Positions 10,275-19,708 of a stretch of DNA of 64,000 bases are shown one piece after another. The notes under the pieces are model-generated. The model made no database searches. It had not been told where the DNA came from and saw only the letters and a program-made list of their open reading frames with translations. The position numbers and the translations under genes were made by a program. This stretch comes from an uncultured delta proteobacterium. GTDB lineage: Bacteria > Myxococcota_A > Polyangia > Fen-1088. The DNA lies in assembly GCA_963737265.1 (NCBI GenBank), contig CAVTRY010000007.1:462529-526528 (forward strand), written 5' to 3'. Position 1 is the first letter of the stretch. Each line of letters begins with the position of its first letter.

Positions 10275-12179
10275 ATGAGACGACCCCACGGTGCTAGCCC
10301 TGACCCCGCCGCCCCGCCCAACCCGAGCCGGGCCGGGCGCCCGCGGCTGGGCCGCTACCTGTCGGCAACCGCCGCGGTCGCAGCATTGGCCATCGCCGCG
10401 GCCGGTTGCAGCAGTGGCACCAGCAGCAACACGGGCGCCCCCGGCGCGAAGGTTAAGGGCGGCACGGCCGTCTATGCGCTGCCCCCGTCGACCACGCCGA
10501 ACTACATCTTCCCGTTCACCAGCTCCGCCTACATCAGCGTGGTCAACGCCGCGTATTTCACCAACCTGATGTACCGGCCGCTGTACTGGTTCGGCAACGG
10601 GTCGCAGCCGCTGATGAACCCCTCCCTCAGCCTGGCGAACGCGCCGACGTGGTCGGGGAACACCGCGACGATCACACTCAAGCACTACGTGTGGTCCGAC
10701 GGCACCCCGGTCACCACGACCGACGTGATGCTCTGGCTGAACATGCTCAAGGCCGTCGGCCCCACCGACTGGGGCGCCTACACGGGGTTCCCGAACTCGT
10801 TCGTGAAGACCATCAAGGTGGTCAGCCCGACCGAGATCCAGCTGACCACGAACAAGGCGTACTCGCACAACTGGTTCCTGTACAACGACCTGTCCCAGAT
10901 CACCCCGATGCCGCCGGCCTGGGACAAGACCGCGTCCGGCACGTCGGACTGCGCGACCAAGGTCGCCGACTGCGCCGCGGTGTACAAGTACCTCGACAGC
11001 CAGTCCAAGGCGCTGACCAGCTACGTGGGCTCGCCGCTGTGGTCGGTTGTGGACGGCCCGTGGAAGCTGTCGGCATTCAACGCCGACGGCCATGTATCGA
11101 TGGTCCCCAACCCGAAGTACTCGGGCCCGGTGAAGCCCTCACTGAGCCAGTTCCAGCTCGTGCCCTTCACGACCGATGCGGCGGAGTACAACGTGCTGCG
11201 GTCGCCCGCGGCTGGCGGGCAGAAGATCGACGTGGGCTACCTGCCGTCGCAGGACGCCCCGGCCAAGCCGGCCGGGTCCAGCCCGCTCACCGCCGGGCAG
11301 AACCCGCTGCAGGGTTACACGCTGTCGCCGCTGTACCCCTGGGGCATCAACTACTTCGTGGTGAACTTCCAGAGCAGCACCGGCAACGGCCCGATCATCA
11401 ACCAGCTGTACTTCCGCCAGGCCCTGGCCTACCTGCTCAACCAGGAATCCGTCATCAAGGGCCCGCTGCGCGGTTACGGCACGCTGACCCAGGGCCCGGT
11501 GGGCAACACCCCGGTGACCCACTACCTGTCGCCGCAGCAAAAGGGCGGCCCGATCTTCCCCTACAGCCCGGACAAGGCCAAGAGCCTGCTGTCCAGCCAC
11601 GGCTGGAAGGTCACCCCCAACGGCGTGACCACCTGCACCAACCCGAGCCTGTGCGGCCCGGGCATCAAGCAGGGCCAGGGCCTGCAGTTCAGCCTGCCCT
11701 ATGCCTCGGGTACCCAGTGGGAAGCCCAGGAGATGCAGCAGCTGCAGTCCAACGCCTCCCTGGTCGGCATCAAGATCAACCTGGAGCCCAGGCCGTTCAA
11801 CCAGGTCACTGCCCTGGCCGCCGGCAACTGCAAGGTTGCCAAGATCCCGTGCAACTGGGACCTGGCCAACTGGGGCGGCGGCTGGTCGTTCGCTCCCGAC
11901 TACGCACCGACCGGCGAGACGCTGTTCACCTGCGGCGCCATCGCCAACTCCGGCGGGTACTGCAGCAAGACCAACGACAACTACATCAACCAGACGCTGA
12001 CCAGCGACAACCCGCAGGCCATGTACACCTGGCAGAACTACCTGGCGCAGCAGCTCCCGGTGATATTCCAGCCGAACGGCGTGTACTCGCTGACCGAAGT
12101 CGCCAGCAACCTCAAGGGTGCCCTGCCGCAGAGCCCGACGCTCGGCATCAACCCGGAAAACTGGTACTTCACGAAGTAA
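10275..12179 (+). CDS. Family 5 (peptide/oligosaccharide) ABC substrate-binding lipoprotein
   Basis: Lipobox AAGC, WSDGTPVTTTDV, VVDGPWKL, FRQALAY. Confidence 0.9.
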   Translation: MRRPHGASPDPAAPPNPSRAGRPRLGRYLSATAAVAALAIAAAGCSSGTSSNTGAPGAKVKGGTAVYALPPSTTPNYIFPFTSSAYISVVNAAYFTNLMYRPLYWFGNGSQPLMNPSLSLANAPTWSGNTATITLKHYVWSDGTPVTTTDVMLWLNMLKAVGPTDWGAYTGFPNSFVKTIKVVSPTEIQLTTNKAYSHNWFLYNDLSQITPMPPAWDKTASGTSDCATKVADCAAVYKYLDSQSKALTSYVGSPLWSVVDGPWKLSAFNADGHVSMVPNPKYSGPVKPSLSQFQLVPFTTDAAEYNVLRSPAAGGQKIDVGYLPSQDAPAKPAGSSPLTAGQNPLQGYTLSPLYPWGINYFVVNFQSSTGNGPIINQLYFRQALAYLLNQESVIKGPLRGYGTLTQGPVGNTPVTHYLSPQQKGGPIFPYSPDKAKSLLSSHGWKVTPNGVTTCTNPSLCGPGIKQGQGLQFSLPYASGTQWEAQEMQQLQSNASLVGIKINLEPRPFNQVTALAAGNCKVAKIPCNWDLANWGGGWSFAPDYAPTGETLFTCGAIANSGGYCSKTNDNYINQTLTSDNPQAMYTWQNYLAQQLPVIFQPNGVYSLTEVASNLKGALPQSPTLGINPENWYFTK

Positions 12180-12499
12180 CCCAAGGCCAGGATCGGCGCG
12201 GACAGCGTGCCTGATCCGGAGGTCCCGGCGGTCTGTGTCGCGGCGGCCGCCGGGGCCTGGGCACGCGGCCGCCGGGGCCTGGCACGCGCCAGCGTGCCGC
12301 CCCGGCGGCCATTTTCCATGTCTCCGGCAGCGCCCTGTCACGATCGGGGCGCTCATCTCGTCCTTGGCGGTGTCCGTGGGCCATACCGTGTCGCCACCCG
12401 GCCCCGAGCGTCGCCGCGGCGTTGGGCCGTGGCACGCTGAGACTCAGACGGCCACCGGGCGCGCCCCGCGCCCGGCCGGCCCGCGATCATGGAGGCACC

Positions 12500-13201
12500 A
12501 TGGACCCGATGCCGGAGGACTGGGACCGCGCCGTGGCGGTTGTCGCGCATCCGGACGACCTGGAGTACGGGACCGCCGCGGCGGTCGCCCGCTGGACCAG
12601 GCAGGGGCGCCACGTGGCCTACGTGCTGGCCACCGCGGGCGAGGCCGGCATCGAGGGGATGGCCCCGGACGTGGTCGGGCCGCTGCGCCAGGAAGAGGAG
12701 CGCCGCAGCGCGGCCGTGGTCGGCGTGTCCGCCGTGGATTTCCTCGGTCACGCCGACGGGCTGGTGGAGTACGGGGTGCCGTTGCGCCGTGACATCGCGA
12801 CGGCAATCCGGCGGCACCGGCCCGATGTGGTGATCACCATGAGTTTCGACCTCACCTGGGGCGACGAGGGGCCGGTGAACCACGCCGACCACCGGGCCGT
12901 CGGCCTCGCCACGCTGGACGCCGTCCGGGACGCGGACAACTCATGGCTGTTCCCCGACGCGGGGCCGGCCTGGCATGGGGTCAAGTCGATCTACGTGGCG
13001 GCCACCGCCAGCCCCACGCACTTCGTGGACGTCACCGACACCATGGACGCGGGCGTGGCGTCGCTGCGCGAGCACAAGGCCTACCTCGACGGCCTCGGCG
13101 GCGACTTCGACCCGGACGACTTCCTGCGGAAGATGGCGGGTTTCGTCGGCCTGGCCGCGGGCTGCGAGTACGCCGTGGGCCTGCGCCGTTACCCGGGCTG
13201 A
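12500..13201 (+). CDS. PIG-L family deacetylase/amidase
   Basis: AHPDDLE, ATAGEAG and NHADH motifs; GGAGG RBS. Confidence 0.9.
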   Translation: MDPMPEDWDRAVAVVAHPDDLEYGTAAAVARWTRQGRHVAYVLATAGEAGIEGMAPDVVGPLRQEEERRSAAVVGVSAVDFLGHADGLVEYGVPLRRDIATAIRRHRPDVVITMSFDLTWGDEGPVNHADHRAVGLATLDAVRDADNSWLFPDAGPAWHGVKSIYVAATASPTHFVDVTDTMDAGVASLREHKAYLDGLGGDFDPDDFLRKMAGFVGLAAGCEYAVGLRRYPG

Positions 13202-13229
13202 ACCCAGCCAGCCGTTCCAGGCGGCCGCG

Positions 13230-14708
13230 TCAGGCGACCGGCCAGGTGTGCGCGGGCTCGCCGGTCTGCATCAGCTTGAGGTACCGCTGGGTCATCTCGC
13301 GGAGCGCGGTCTCGCGGTCGAGCCCACTGCGCTCCTCCAGGGCGTGCACCGTCTCCGTCTGCCAGGTCGCCCCGGTGCGGCCGGACAGGCAGCGTTGTTC
13401 GATGACCCCGAGCAGGCGCTCGGCTTCCCCGGAGTCGACACCTCGCTGGCACAAGCCCTCAAAGGACAGCGTGAGCAGCCTGCGCAGGGTCAGTTCGGCG
13501 GCCGGAACCTCGCCGAGGCCGGGCCAGTACAGCCGGGCCTCGATCCCGTTCTTGGCCGCCTCCATCAGGTTGTCGTGCGCGGCGGCGAAGGACATCCGGG
13601 TCCAGATCGGGCGCTCCGCCTCCGCGAGCATGTGGACAAGGCCGTAGTAGAAGGCCGCATTGGCCATGACGTCGGTGACGGTGGGCCCGGCGGGCAGTAC
13701 CCGGTTCTCCACCCGCAGATGCGGCTCCCCGCCGGCCACCGCGTAGACGGGCCGGTTCCACCGGTAGACGGTGCCGTTGTGCAGCGTCAGCTCGGCAAGC
13801 TCCGGTATGCCCCCGCCGTCCAGTTCGGCCACCGGGTCCTCGTCCTCGCACAGTGGCAACAGCGCGGGGAAGTACCGCAGGTTCTCCTCGAACAGGTCGA
13901 ACACCGAGGTGATCCACCGCTCGCCGAACCACACCCGGGGCCGGACCCCCTGCACCTGCAGCTCCTGCGGGCGGGTGTCGGTGGCCTGCGCGAACAGCGG
14001 GATCCTGGTCTCCTGCCAGAGTTCCCGGCCGAACAGGTAGGGCGAGTTCGCGGCGAGCGCGACCTGCACCCCGGCCACCGCCTGCGCGGCGTTCCAATAG
14101 CTGCCGAACAGTTCCGGGCTGACCTGGAGATGACACTGCACGCTGGTACAGGCGGCCTCGGCCATGATGCTCGCCGTATGCCTGAGCAGCCGCTCCGGGC
14201 CCTCGATGCAGATCTCCATCTCCTCGCCGCGGGCCGCGCAGATCTGCTCGTTGAGCAACTGGTACCGGGGATTGGGCGACATGGCCGTCTCGGTGGTGTG
14301 CTGCTCACGCAGGCTGGGCAGGATGCCGATCATGGCCAGCCGGACACCTGCCTGGCGCGCCCGCAGGTCAGCCCAGCTGTACTTGTCCGTCATCAGGCGC
14401 TCCATCGCGGCCAGCGCGTCCCCGGCCAGCAGCCGTGGCGCCATGTTGACCTCGATGTTGAAGCGGCCGAGTTCCGGGCTCCAGTCCGGGTCGTCGATCG
14501 CGGCGAGCACCTCGGCGTTCCGCATCGCCGGCGAGCCCGCCTCGTCGACCAGGTTGAACTCGACCTCCAGCCCCACCTGCTCGGGGCCGTCGGTGAACCG
14601 TGACTCCCGCAGCATGCGGGCAAGCACATCCAGGCAACTGCGGACCTTCTCGCGGTACCGGCGCCGGTCGGCCTGACTGACAACGATTGCGGGAACGTCC
14701 CTGCCCAT
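13230..14708 (-). CDS. Glutamate--cysteine ligase (GCS2) family protein
   Basis: VGLEVEFNLVD, ELGRFNIE, EAACTSVQCHLQV, HLRVENRVLPAGPT. Confidence 0.88.
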   Translation of the reverse strand: MGRDVPAIVVSQADRRRYREKVRSCLDVLARMLRESRFTDGPEQVGLEVEFNLVDEAGSPAMRNAEVLAAIDDPDWSPELGRFNIEVNMAPRLLAGDALAAMERLMTDKYSWADLRARQAGVRLAMIGILPSLREQHTTETAMSPNPRYQLLNEQICAARGEEMEICIEGPERLLRHTASIMAEAACTSVQCHLQVSPELFGSYWNAAQAVAGVQVALAANSPYLFGRELWQETRIPLFAQATDTRPQELQVQGVRPRVWFGERWITSVFDLFEENLRYFPALLPLCEDEDPVAELDGGGIPELAELTLHNGTVYRWNRPVYAVAGGEPHLRVENRVLPAGPTVTDVMANAAFYYGLVHMLAEAERPIWTRMSFAAAHDNLMEAAKNGIEARLYWPGLGEVPAAELTLRRLLTLSFEGLCQRGVDSGEAERLLGVIEQRCLSGRTGATWQTETVHALEERSGLDRETALREMTQRYLKLMQTGEPAHTWPVA

Positions 14709-14882
14709 CCGGCCCTCCACCTCCTGACACTGGGGCTGGCCTCTCCAACAGACTGACATGCGCTACTCGTAATGAATAGACAGGACATTTCCTGCATAAC
14801 GGAAAGATGCTGCTAGCTGGGACCGCGAAGAGAGGGTTTACCGGGCGGTCCAGCCGCTGGCGGGGTAGGTCATGATGGCCTG

Positions 14883-15359
14883 GTGGACATCTCAGTGGAC
14901 GCAGTGGTGAGTTACGTTGACCGTGCGGTGGACCAGATGACGGGAATTGTCACCGGGCTCGGCGATGATCTGGCTAACCGCAAGCCCGCGCTCCCGGGAG
15001 CGAATTCGCCCTATGTGATCTTGCGGCATTGCCTTGGCGTCATGGAATTCTGGGGCGGAGAAGTAGTCGCGGGACGCGAGGTAATTCGAGACCGGCCCGC
15101 CGAGTTTCGCGCTCACGGCCCGGTGGGCGACCTGGCCGCCGCTGCGCGGAAGGCGCTGGGCCAGTTCCGCGCCGACGCGGCCACGGCCGACTTCGCCGGG
15201 CCGCCCCGCGGCGGGGCCGGGCATCAGAAGTACCCAGGCGAACTGGAATTCAGCTCGCAGGGGCACGCGCTGCTGCACGTGCTCGAGGAGGTCACCCAGC
15301 ACCTGGGGCAGATGGAGCTGACCCGCGACGTGCTGTGCGCCGCCGGTAACCCCGGCTAG
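14883..15359 (+). CDS. DinB/DUF664 family protein
   Basis: NSPYVILRHCLGVMEFW and LLHVLEEVTQHLGQME. Confidence 0.82.
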   Translation: MDISVDAVVSYVDRAVDQMTGIVTGLGDDLANRKPALPGANSPYVILRHCLGVMEFWGGEVVAGREVIRDRPAEFRAHGPVGDLAAAARKALGQFRADAATADFAGPPRGGAGHQKYPGELEFSSQGHALLHVLEEVTQHLGQMELTRDVLCAAGNPG

Positions 15360-16507
15360 AGCACCGAGGCCGCCCGGCGCACGACCTCTTCCAGCAGCTC
15401 AGGTGAGGTGCCCATGTTGAGCCGGGCGAACCCGTGCCCCTCGGCACCGAAGTCCGGCCCGCGGCCAAGCGCCACGCGGCCCTTCTCCAGGAACACCGCT
15501 GCCGGATCGTCGCCCAGGCCCAGGCCGCGGCAGTCCAGCCAGGCCAGGAAGCTGGCCTGCGGCGGCGCATAGCCTGCCCCGGGCAGGTGCTCGGCGAGCA
15601 GGCCGGCCAGCAGCTTCCGGTTCTCGTCGAGCTGACCGAGCACGGCGTCCAGCCACGGCAGCCCCTCGGTGAACGCGGCCACCGAGGCGAGCACGCCGAG
15701 GTGGCTCGCCAGCAGCGCCTCCCACCGCTCTTCCAGCAGCGTGATGCCCGCCGGGGCGCCCGCCACGGCCAGGCCGCACTTCAGCCCGGCGATGTTCCAG
15801 CCCTTGGTCGCGGACGTGAACGTGAACGTCGTCTCGGCCTGGGTCAGCTCGTGATCGATAGCGAGGAACGGCACGAACCGCGCGCCGGCCAGCGCCAGCG
15901 GCGCATGGATCTCATCCACAAGCAGCGCGGCACCATGCCGCTGGCAGGCGTCGGCGACCATGGCCAGCTCCGCTGGCGACCACACGTTGCCGGTCGGGTT
16001 GTGCGGGCTGCACAGCAGGTACGCGGCGGCGTCCGGCTCGCTCAGCGCCGCCTCGATCGCATCCGGGTCGAGTGCGTAGCGGCCGTCGGCGCCGCGGGCC
16101 AGCGGGGCGTCGATGAGCCGCCGCCCGTAGAAGCCGAACCGGAACCGGAACGGCGGGTACACCGGCGGGTTGACCACGATCCCCGAGCCCGGTGGCGTAA
16201 TGGCCTGGACCACCTCGGCGAGCCCGGTCATCACGTCCGGGATCGCGAACACGCGGGACGGCTCCACCGTCCAGCCCAGCCGCTGCGCGGCGAACTGGGC
16301 GAACGCGTCGGGAAGCTGCCCGATGTGCGCGTAGCCGCAGTCGCCGATGGCCAGCGCCGAGGTCACCGCCGCCGTGATCGGCCCGGCCAGGCCGAAGTCC
16401 ATCTCCGCGACGAACGCAGGCAGCACGTCGGGCGGGTACGCCCGCCACTTGTGGCTCCTGCGCTGCCGCAGTTCCGTCAACGAGCAGGTGCCAAGCAGCG
16501 GGTCCAC
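15356..16507 (-). CDS. MalY/PatB family PLP enzyme (cysteine-S-conjugate beta-lyase)
   Basis: SHKW..DVLPAFVAEMDF, LCSPHNPTG, DEIH, SATKGWNIAGL. Confidence 0.92.
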   Translation of the reverse strand: MDPLLGTCSLTELRQRRSHKWRAYPPDVLPAFVAEMDFGLAGPITAAVTSALAIGDCGYAHIGQLPDAFAQFAAQRLGWTVEPSRVFAIPDVMTGLAEVVQAITPPGSGIVVNPPVYPPFRFRFGFYGRRLIDAPLARGADGRYALDPDAIEAALSEPDAAAYLLCSPHNPTGNVWSPAELAMVADACQRHGAALLVDEIHAPLALAGARFVPFLAIDHELTQAETTFTFTSATKGWNIAGLKCGLAVAGAPAGITLLEERWEALLASHLGVLASVAAFTEGLPWLDAVLGQLDENRKLLAGLLAEHLPGAGYAPPQASFLAWLDCRGLGLGDDPAAVFLEKGRVALGRGPDFGAEGHGFARLNMGTSPELLEEVVRRAASVL

Positions 16508-16563
16508 CGACGCATGGTAACCGCTGTGCCCCAGGGCGACGGAAGCGCCCAGGCGCGAATGTG

Positions 16564-16610
16564 GTCGTTGGCACTCCACCCACATACTTTGTGGGCGGAG
16601 TGCCAACGAC
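16564..16610. repeat. 21-bp-stem hairpin (terminator or REP-like)
   Basis: GTCGTTGGCACTCCACCCACA-TACTT-TGTGGGCGGAGTGCCAACGAC, one mismatch, just downstream of the MerR-PP2C gene. Confidence 0.7.
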
Positions 16611-16634
16611 GACAAACGGGCGGCGGGCGGCGGG

Positions 16635-17720
16635 TCAGCGGGCCGCGGGGGCAGGCAGGGGGACGATGTCGGCGACGACGCAGGAGACATTGTCCGGGCC
16701 GCCGCCTGCGTTGGCCGCCTCGATCAGGTGCGTGGCGGCCTGGTCGGGATCGGCGGTACCGCGCAGCGTGTCGCGGATCATCTCGGTGCTGACCACGCCG
16801 GTGAGGCCGTCGGAGCACAGCAGGTACCTGTCACCGGCCCTGGCGTCGTGCAGCGAGGTGTCCAGTTCCACGGCGGTGCCGTCGATGGCGCGCAGCAGCA
16901 GCGACCGCTGCGGGTGCGAGGCCGCCTCCTCCGGGGTGATCCGGCCCTCGTCCAGCAGCGACTGGACCACCGTGTGGTCGTGGGTGATCTGGAAAAGCTC
17001 ACCGTCGCGCAGCAGGTAGGCGCGGCAGTCCCCGATGTGCACCAGGGCGAGCTGGGAGCCGGACAAGAGCATGGCGGTCACCGTCGTCCCGGTCTGGCTG
17101 TGGCCCTCCCCGGCATTTTCCAGATCGCCGACGGTGACGCTGGCCTGCTCCACCGCCTGCTCCAGGGCGTTGAGCAGGTCCCCGGCGGGCAGGGCGTCGT
17201 CCAGCGGTTTCAGCGCGTCGATGACGGCGGCGCTGGCCCTGGCCCCGCCGCTGCCCATTCCGTCGGCCACGGCGAGCAGGCGGCTGCCCGCGTAGGCGGA
17301 GTCCTGGTTGGTCTCGCGGACCCTGCCGATGTCGGTCCGGGCCGCGTAGCGAATCGCAAGCGCCTCCTGGGCACTAGACATGGTGGTCTTCCTTCCTGAC
17401 AGCGTTGCGATGAGGAAGGCGGCAAGGTCGCGCCGGCTCGCGGTGTCGGCCTCGACCTGGGCCCAGTAGGCGGCGACCTCGTCGGCGGCCCGGGCCGGCT
17501 CGGAGTCGCAGACGACCCGGATCCGGGCCAGCGGCATGCCGAGCCTGCGCAGCCAGGCGACCAGCCGCGCCCGCTCCAGTTGCGCCGGGTCATAGAACCG
17601 GTAACCGGACGCCGGATCCACGAACGCCGGCGGGAGCAGCCCGAGCTCGTCGTACAGCCGCAGCGCCTTCGGGGACAGCCGTGTGGCATGAGCGAACGCG
17701 CCGATCGACAGCAACCTCAC
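16635..17720 (-). CDS. MerR HTH fused to PP2C-type phosphatase
   Basis: LSIGAFA..SPKALRLYDELGLL..SGYRFY; then RETNQD, VADGMG, HIGDCRAY, LCSDG, GGPDN. Confidence 0.92.
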   Translation of the reverse strand: MRLLSIGAFAHATRLSPKALRLYDELGLLPPAFVDPASGYRFYDPAQLERARLVAWLRRLGMPLARIRVVCDSEPARAADEVAAYWAQVEADTASRRDLAAFLIATLSGRKTTMSSAQEALAIRYAARTDIGRVRETNQDSAYAGSRLLAVADGMGSGGARASAAVIDALKPLDDALPAGDLLNALEQAVEQASVTVGDLENAGEGHSQTGTTVTAMLLSGSQLALVHIGDCRAYLLRDGELFQITHDHTVVQSLLDEGRITPEEAASHPQRSLLLRAIDGTAVELDTSLHDARAGDRYLLCSDGLTGVVSTEMIRDTLRGTADPDQAATHLIEAANAGGGPDNVSCVVADIVPLPAPAAR

Positions 17721-17761
17721 GCCAGCCTCCTCGCACCCGGGCACCATGCCCGGTCTACCCG

Positions 17762-17792
17762 ATGCTGGGGTTTGCCCCAAGGGCAGAGTCAA
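17762..17792 (-). promoter_or_regulatory. MerR-type promoter with 19-bp spacer
   Basis: Minus strand TTGACT-N19-CAGCAT, with dyad TGCCC-TTG-GGGCA in the spacer. Confidence 0.75.
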
Positions 17793-17869
17793 ACCACCGC
17801 GACCAGGTGACGGGGGAGGAAGGCGAGCCGGGCATACGCGTGAGGGATCTGTGGGGCTGGAGGGGCGCC

Positions 17870-18130
17870 GATCGGGCGGGCTGCGAGCGGCGGACCGGGC
17901 GGGTTGGCGGGCAGCGCGCCGACGGCCTGGCGCAGCGCGCGGACGGGTTGGCGCGGCCCGACGGTGGCCGGCAGGCGGGCAGCGGACCGGCGAGTGGCGG
18001 ACGGCAGCGGACCGGCGGGCGGGCCGGCGGGCAGCGGACCGGCGGCCAGGCGGGCGGCGGGCCCGCAGGTTGGCGGGCCGGGCCCGCAGGTTGGCGGGCC
18101 GGGCGGCCGGCGGACCGGCGGCGGGCCGGG
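17870..18130. repeat. G-rich degenerate tandem repeats
   Basis: Recurrent GCAGCGGACCGGCG, and GGGCCCGCAGGTTGGCGGGCC twice. Confidence 0.65.
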
Positions 18131-18134
18131 GTGG

Positions 18135-18830
18135 CTAGTGCAGGTCGCCGGACAGATACCGGTCCAGGGTCGGGCCGATCGCGGCGGCGAGGTCGTCGGT
18201 GCTCGCGCTGGACAGCGCGCCGAGTTCCAGCACGTACCTGGTCAGCGCCAGGCCGAGCACCTGGCTGGCGACCAGCGCCGCCCGGTATTCCGCCTCACCC
18301 GCCGCCATCTCGCCCGGCTGCCTCGGCGATCCGGCCCAGAATCGCCTCCGTGGCGAACTCCCGCAGCATGGCCGCCGCCTGCGGGCTGGTCGTGGCCGAG
18401 CGCAACAGCCCGAAGAAGGCGGCCCGCATCTCGGCGATGTCCCAGGCGCCGAGCACGGTCCGGATCATGTGCTCCCCGCGCCCCTCCCCGGCCGCGCCTG
18501 GCCTCGCCGCGAGCGCGGCCTCCACCAGGTCCCTGGGGTTGAGCGGAAGCCGCATGGCCGCCACGAAAAGCCGGTCCTTCCTGCCGTAGAAGTGATGCAC
18601 CAGGGCCGCGTCCACCCCGGCGTCGGCCGCGATGGCGCGGATCGTGGTGCGGTCGTACCCCAGGTCCCCGAACCGGGCCCGGGCCGCGGCCAGGATCGCC
18701 TCCCTGGTGCCGCTGTCGCCGCCACGGCGGCCGCTGCGCCTGGCCGCCCCGCACGGCGGGTGGCGCCAGCAGCCCCGGGCCGCTTGACCGGGGCCGCCCC
18801 GGGCGACGGCTGCGGGCTGGCTGCGGTCAT
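18135..18830 (-). CDS. TetR family regulator (frameshifted)
   Basis: Joined frames give GTREAILAAARARF..GYDRTTIRAIAADAGVDAALVHHFYG...RAALVASQVLGL..IGPTLDRYL; ATGA overlap with the ABC gene. Confidence 0.85.
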
Positions 18831-19708
18831 GGCTGGGCCTGCGTAGCGTCCGCAGACAGGGTGAGCTGGAAGAAGCGCTCTTCCAGGGTGGCCGGCGCGG
18901 ACGTCACCGTGGCGGACAGATCCCCGAGCGCACGGCGCACGGCGTCCGGCGCGGCGCCCGGAACCCGCAACGTGCGCCCGACCAGGGCGGCCGGCAGGCC
19001 CGCCGCTTCCAGCGCCCCGAACGCCTCTGCCCACGCGTCCGACTCCACCACGCTGACCTGGGCATCTCCGACGATCTCCGGGAGGGTACCGCGAGCCACC
19101 ACGCGCCCCGCCGCCATGACCACCAGGCGGTCACACTCGCCTGCCTCGTCCATGTAGTGGGTGGTGACCAGGACTCCCGCCCCGGCCGCCGCGGCGGCGG
19201 CCACCGTCTCCCACAGCCGGGCGCGGGCCAGCGGGTCCACGCCCGAGGTCGGCTCGTCCAGGACGAGCAGGTCGGGCCGGTGGGCGAGGGCCTGCGCGAA
19301 CGCCGCCGTGCGCTGGATGCCGAGCGGCAGCGAGCCAACCACGGTCGTGCCGTACTGGCGCAGCGGTTCGGGCAGGACGGCGGCCGCCGATCCCTGGCCG
19401 AACACCGCCGCCGAGAAGGCGAAGTTCTCCGCCGGGGTGAGGTCGTCATACAGGCCCAGGCCCTGGGGCACGTACCCGATGCGCCGCCGGGTCCGGCGTG
19501 ACGGCGGCTCACCGAACAGCCGGATCTCGCCGCCCGTGGGCCGCAGCAGCCCGAGCAGCAGCCGGATCAGTGTCGTCTTCCCCGCGCCGTTCGCGCCGAG
19601 CAGGCCGACCACCTCGCCCGGGCGCACCTCCAGGTCGACCTGGTCCACCGCCACGAAGTGCCCGAAGGCGCGGGTCACCGCGACGGCCTGGGCGGGCAGC
19701 CTGGTCAT
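18827..19708 (-). CDS. ABC transporter ATP-binding protein
   Basis: GANGAGKTT, degenerate signature LPLGI, LLVLDEPT. Confidence 0.93.
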   Translation of the reverse strand: MTRLPAQAVAVTRAFGHFVAVDQVDLEVRPGEVVGLLGANGAGKTTLIRLLLGLLRPTGGEIRLFGEPPSRRTRRRIGYVPQGLGLYDDLTPAENFAFSAAVFGQGSAAAVLPEPLRQYGTTVVGSLPLGIQRTAAFAQALAHRPDLLVLDEPTSGVDPLARARLWETVAAAAAAGAGVLVTTHYMDEAGECDRLVVMAAGRVVARGTLPEIVGDAQVSVVESDAWAEAFGALEAAGLPAALVGRTLRVPGAAPDAVRRALGDLSATVTSAPATLEERFFQLTLSADATQAQP

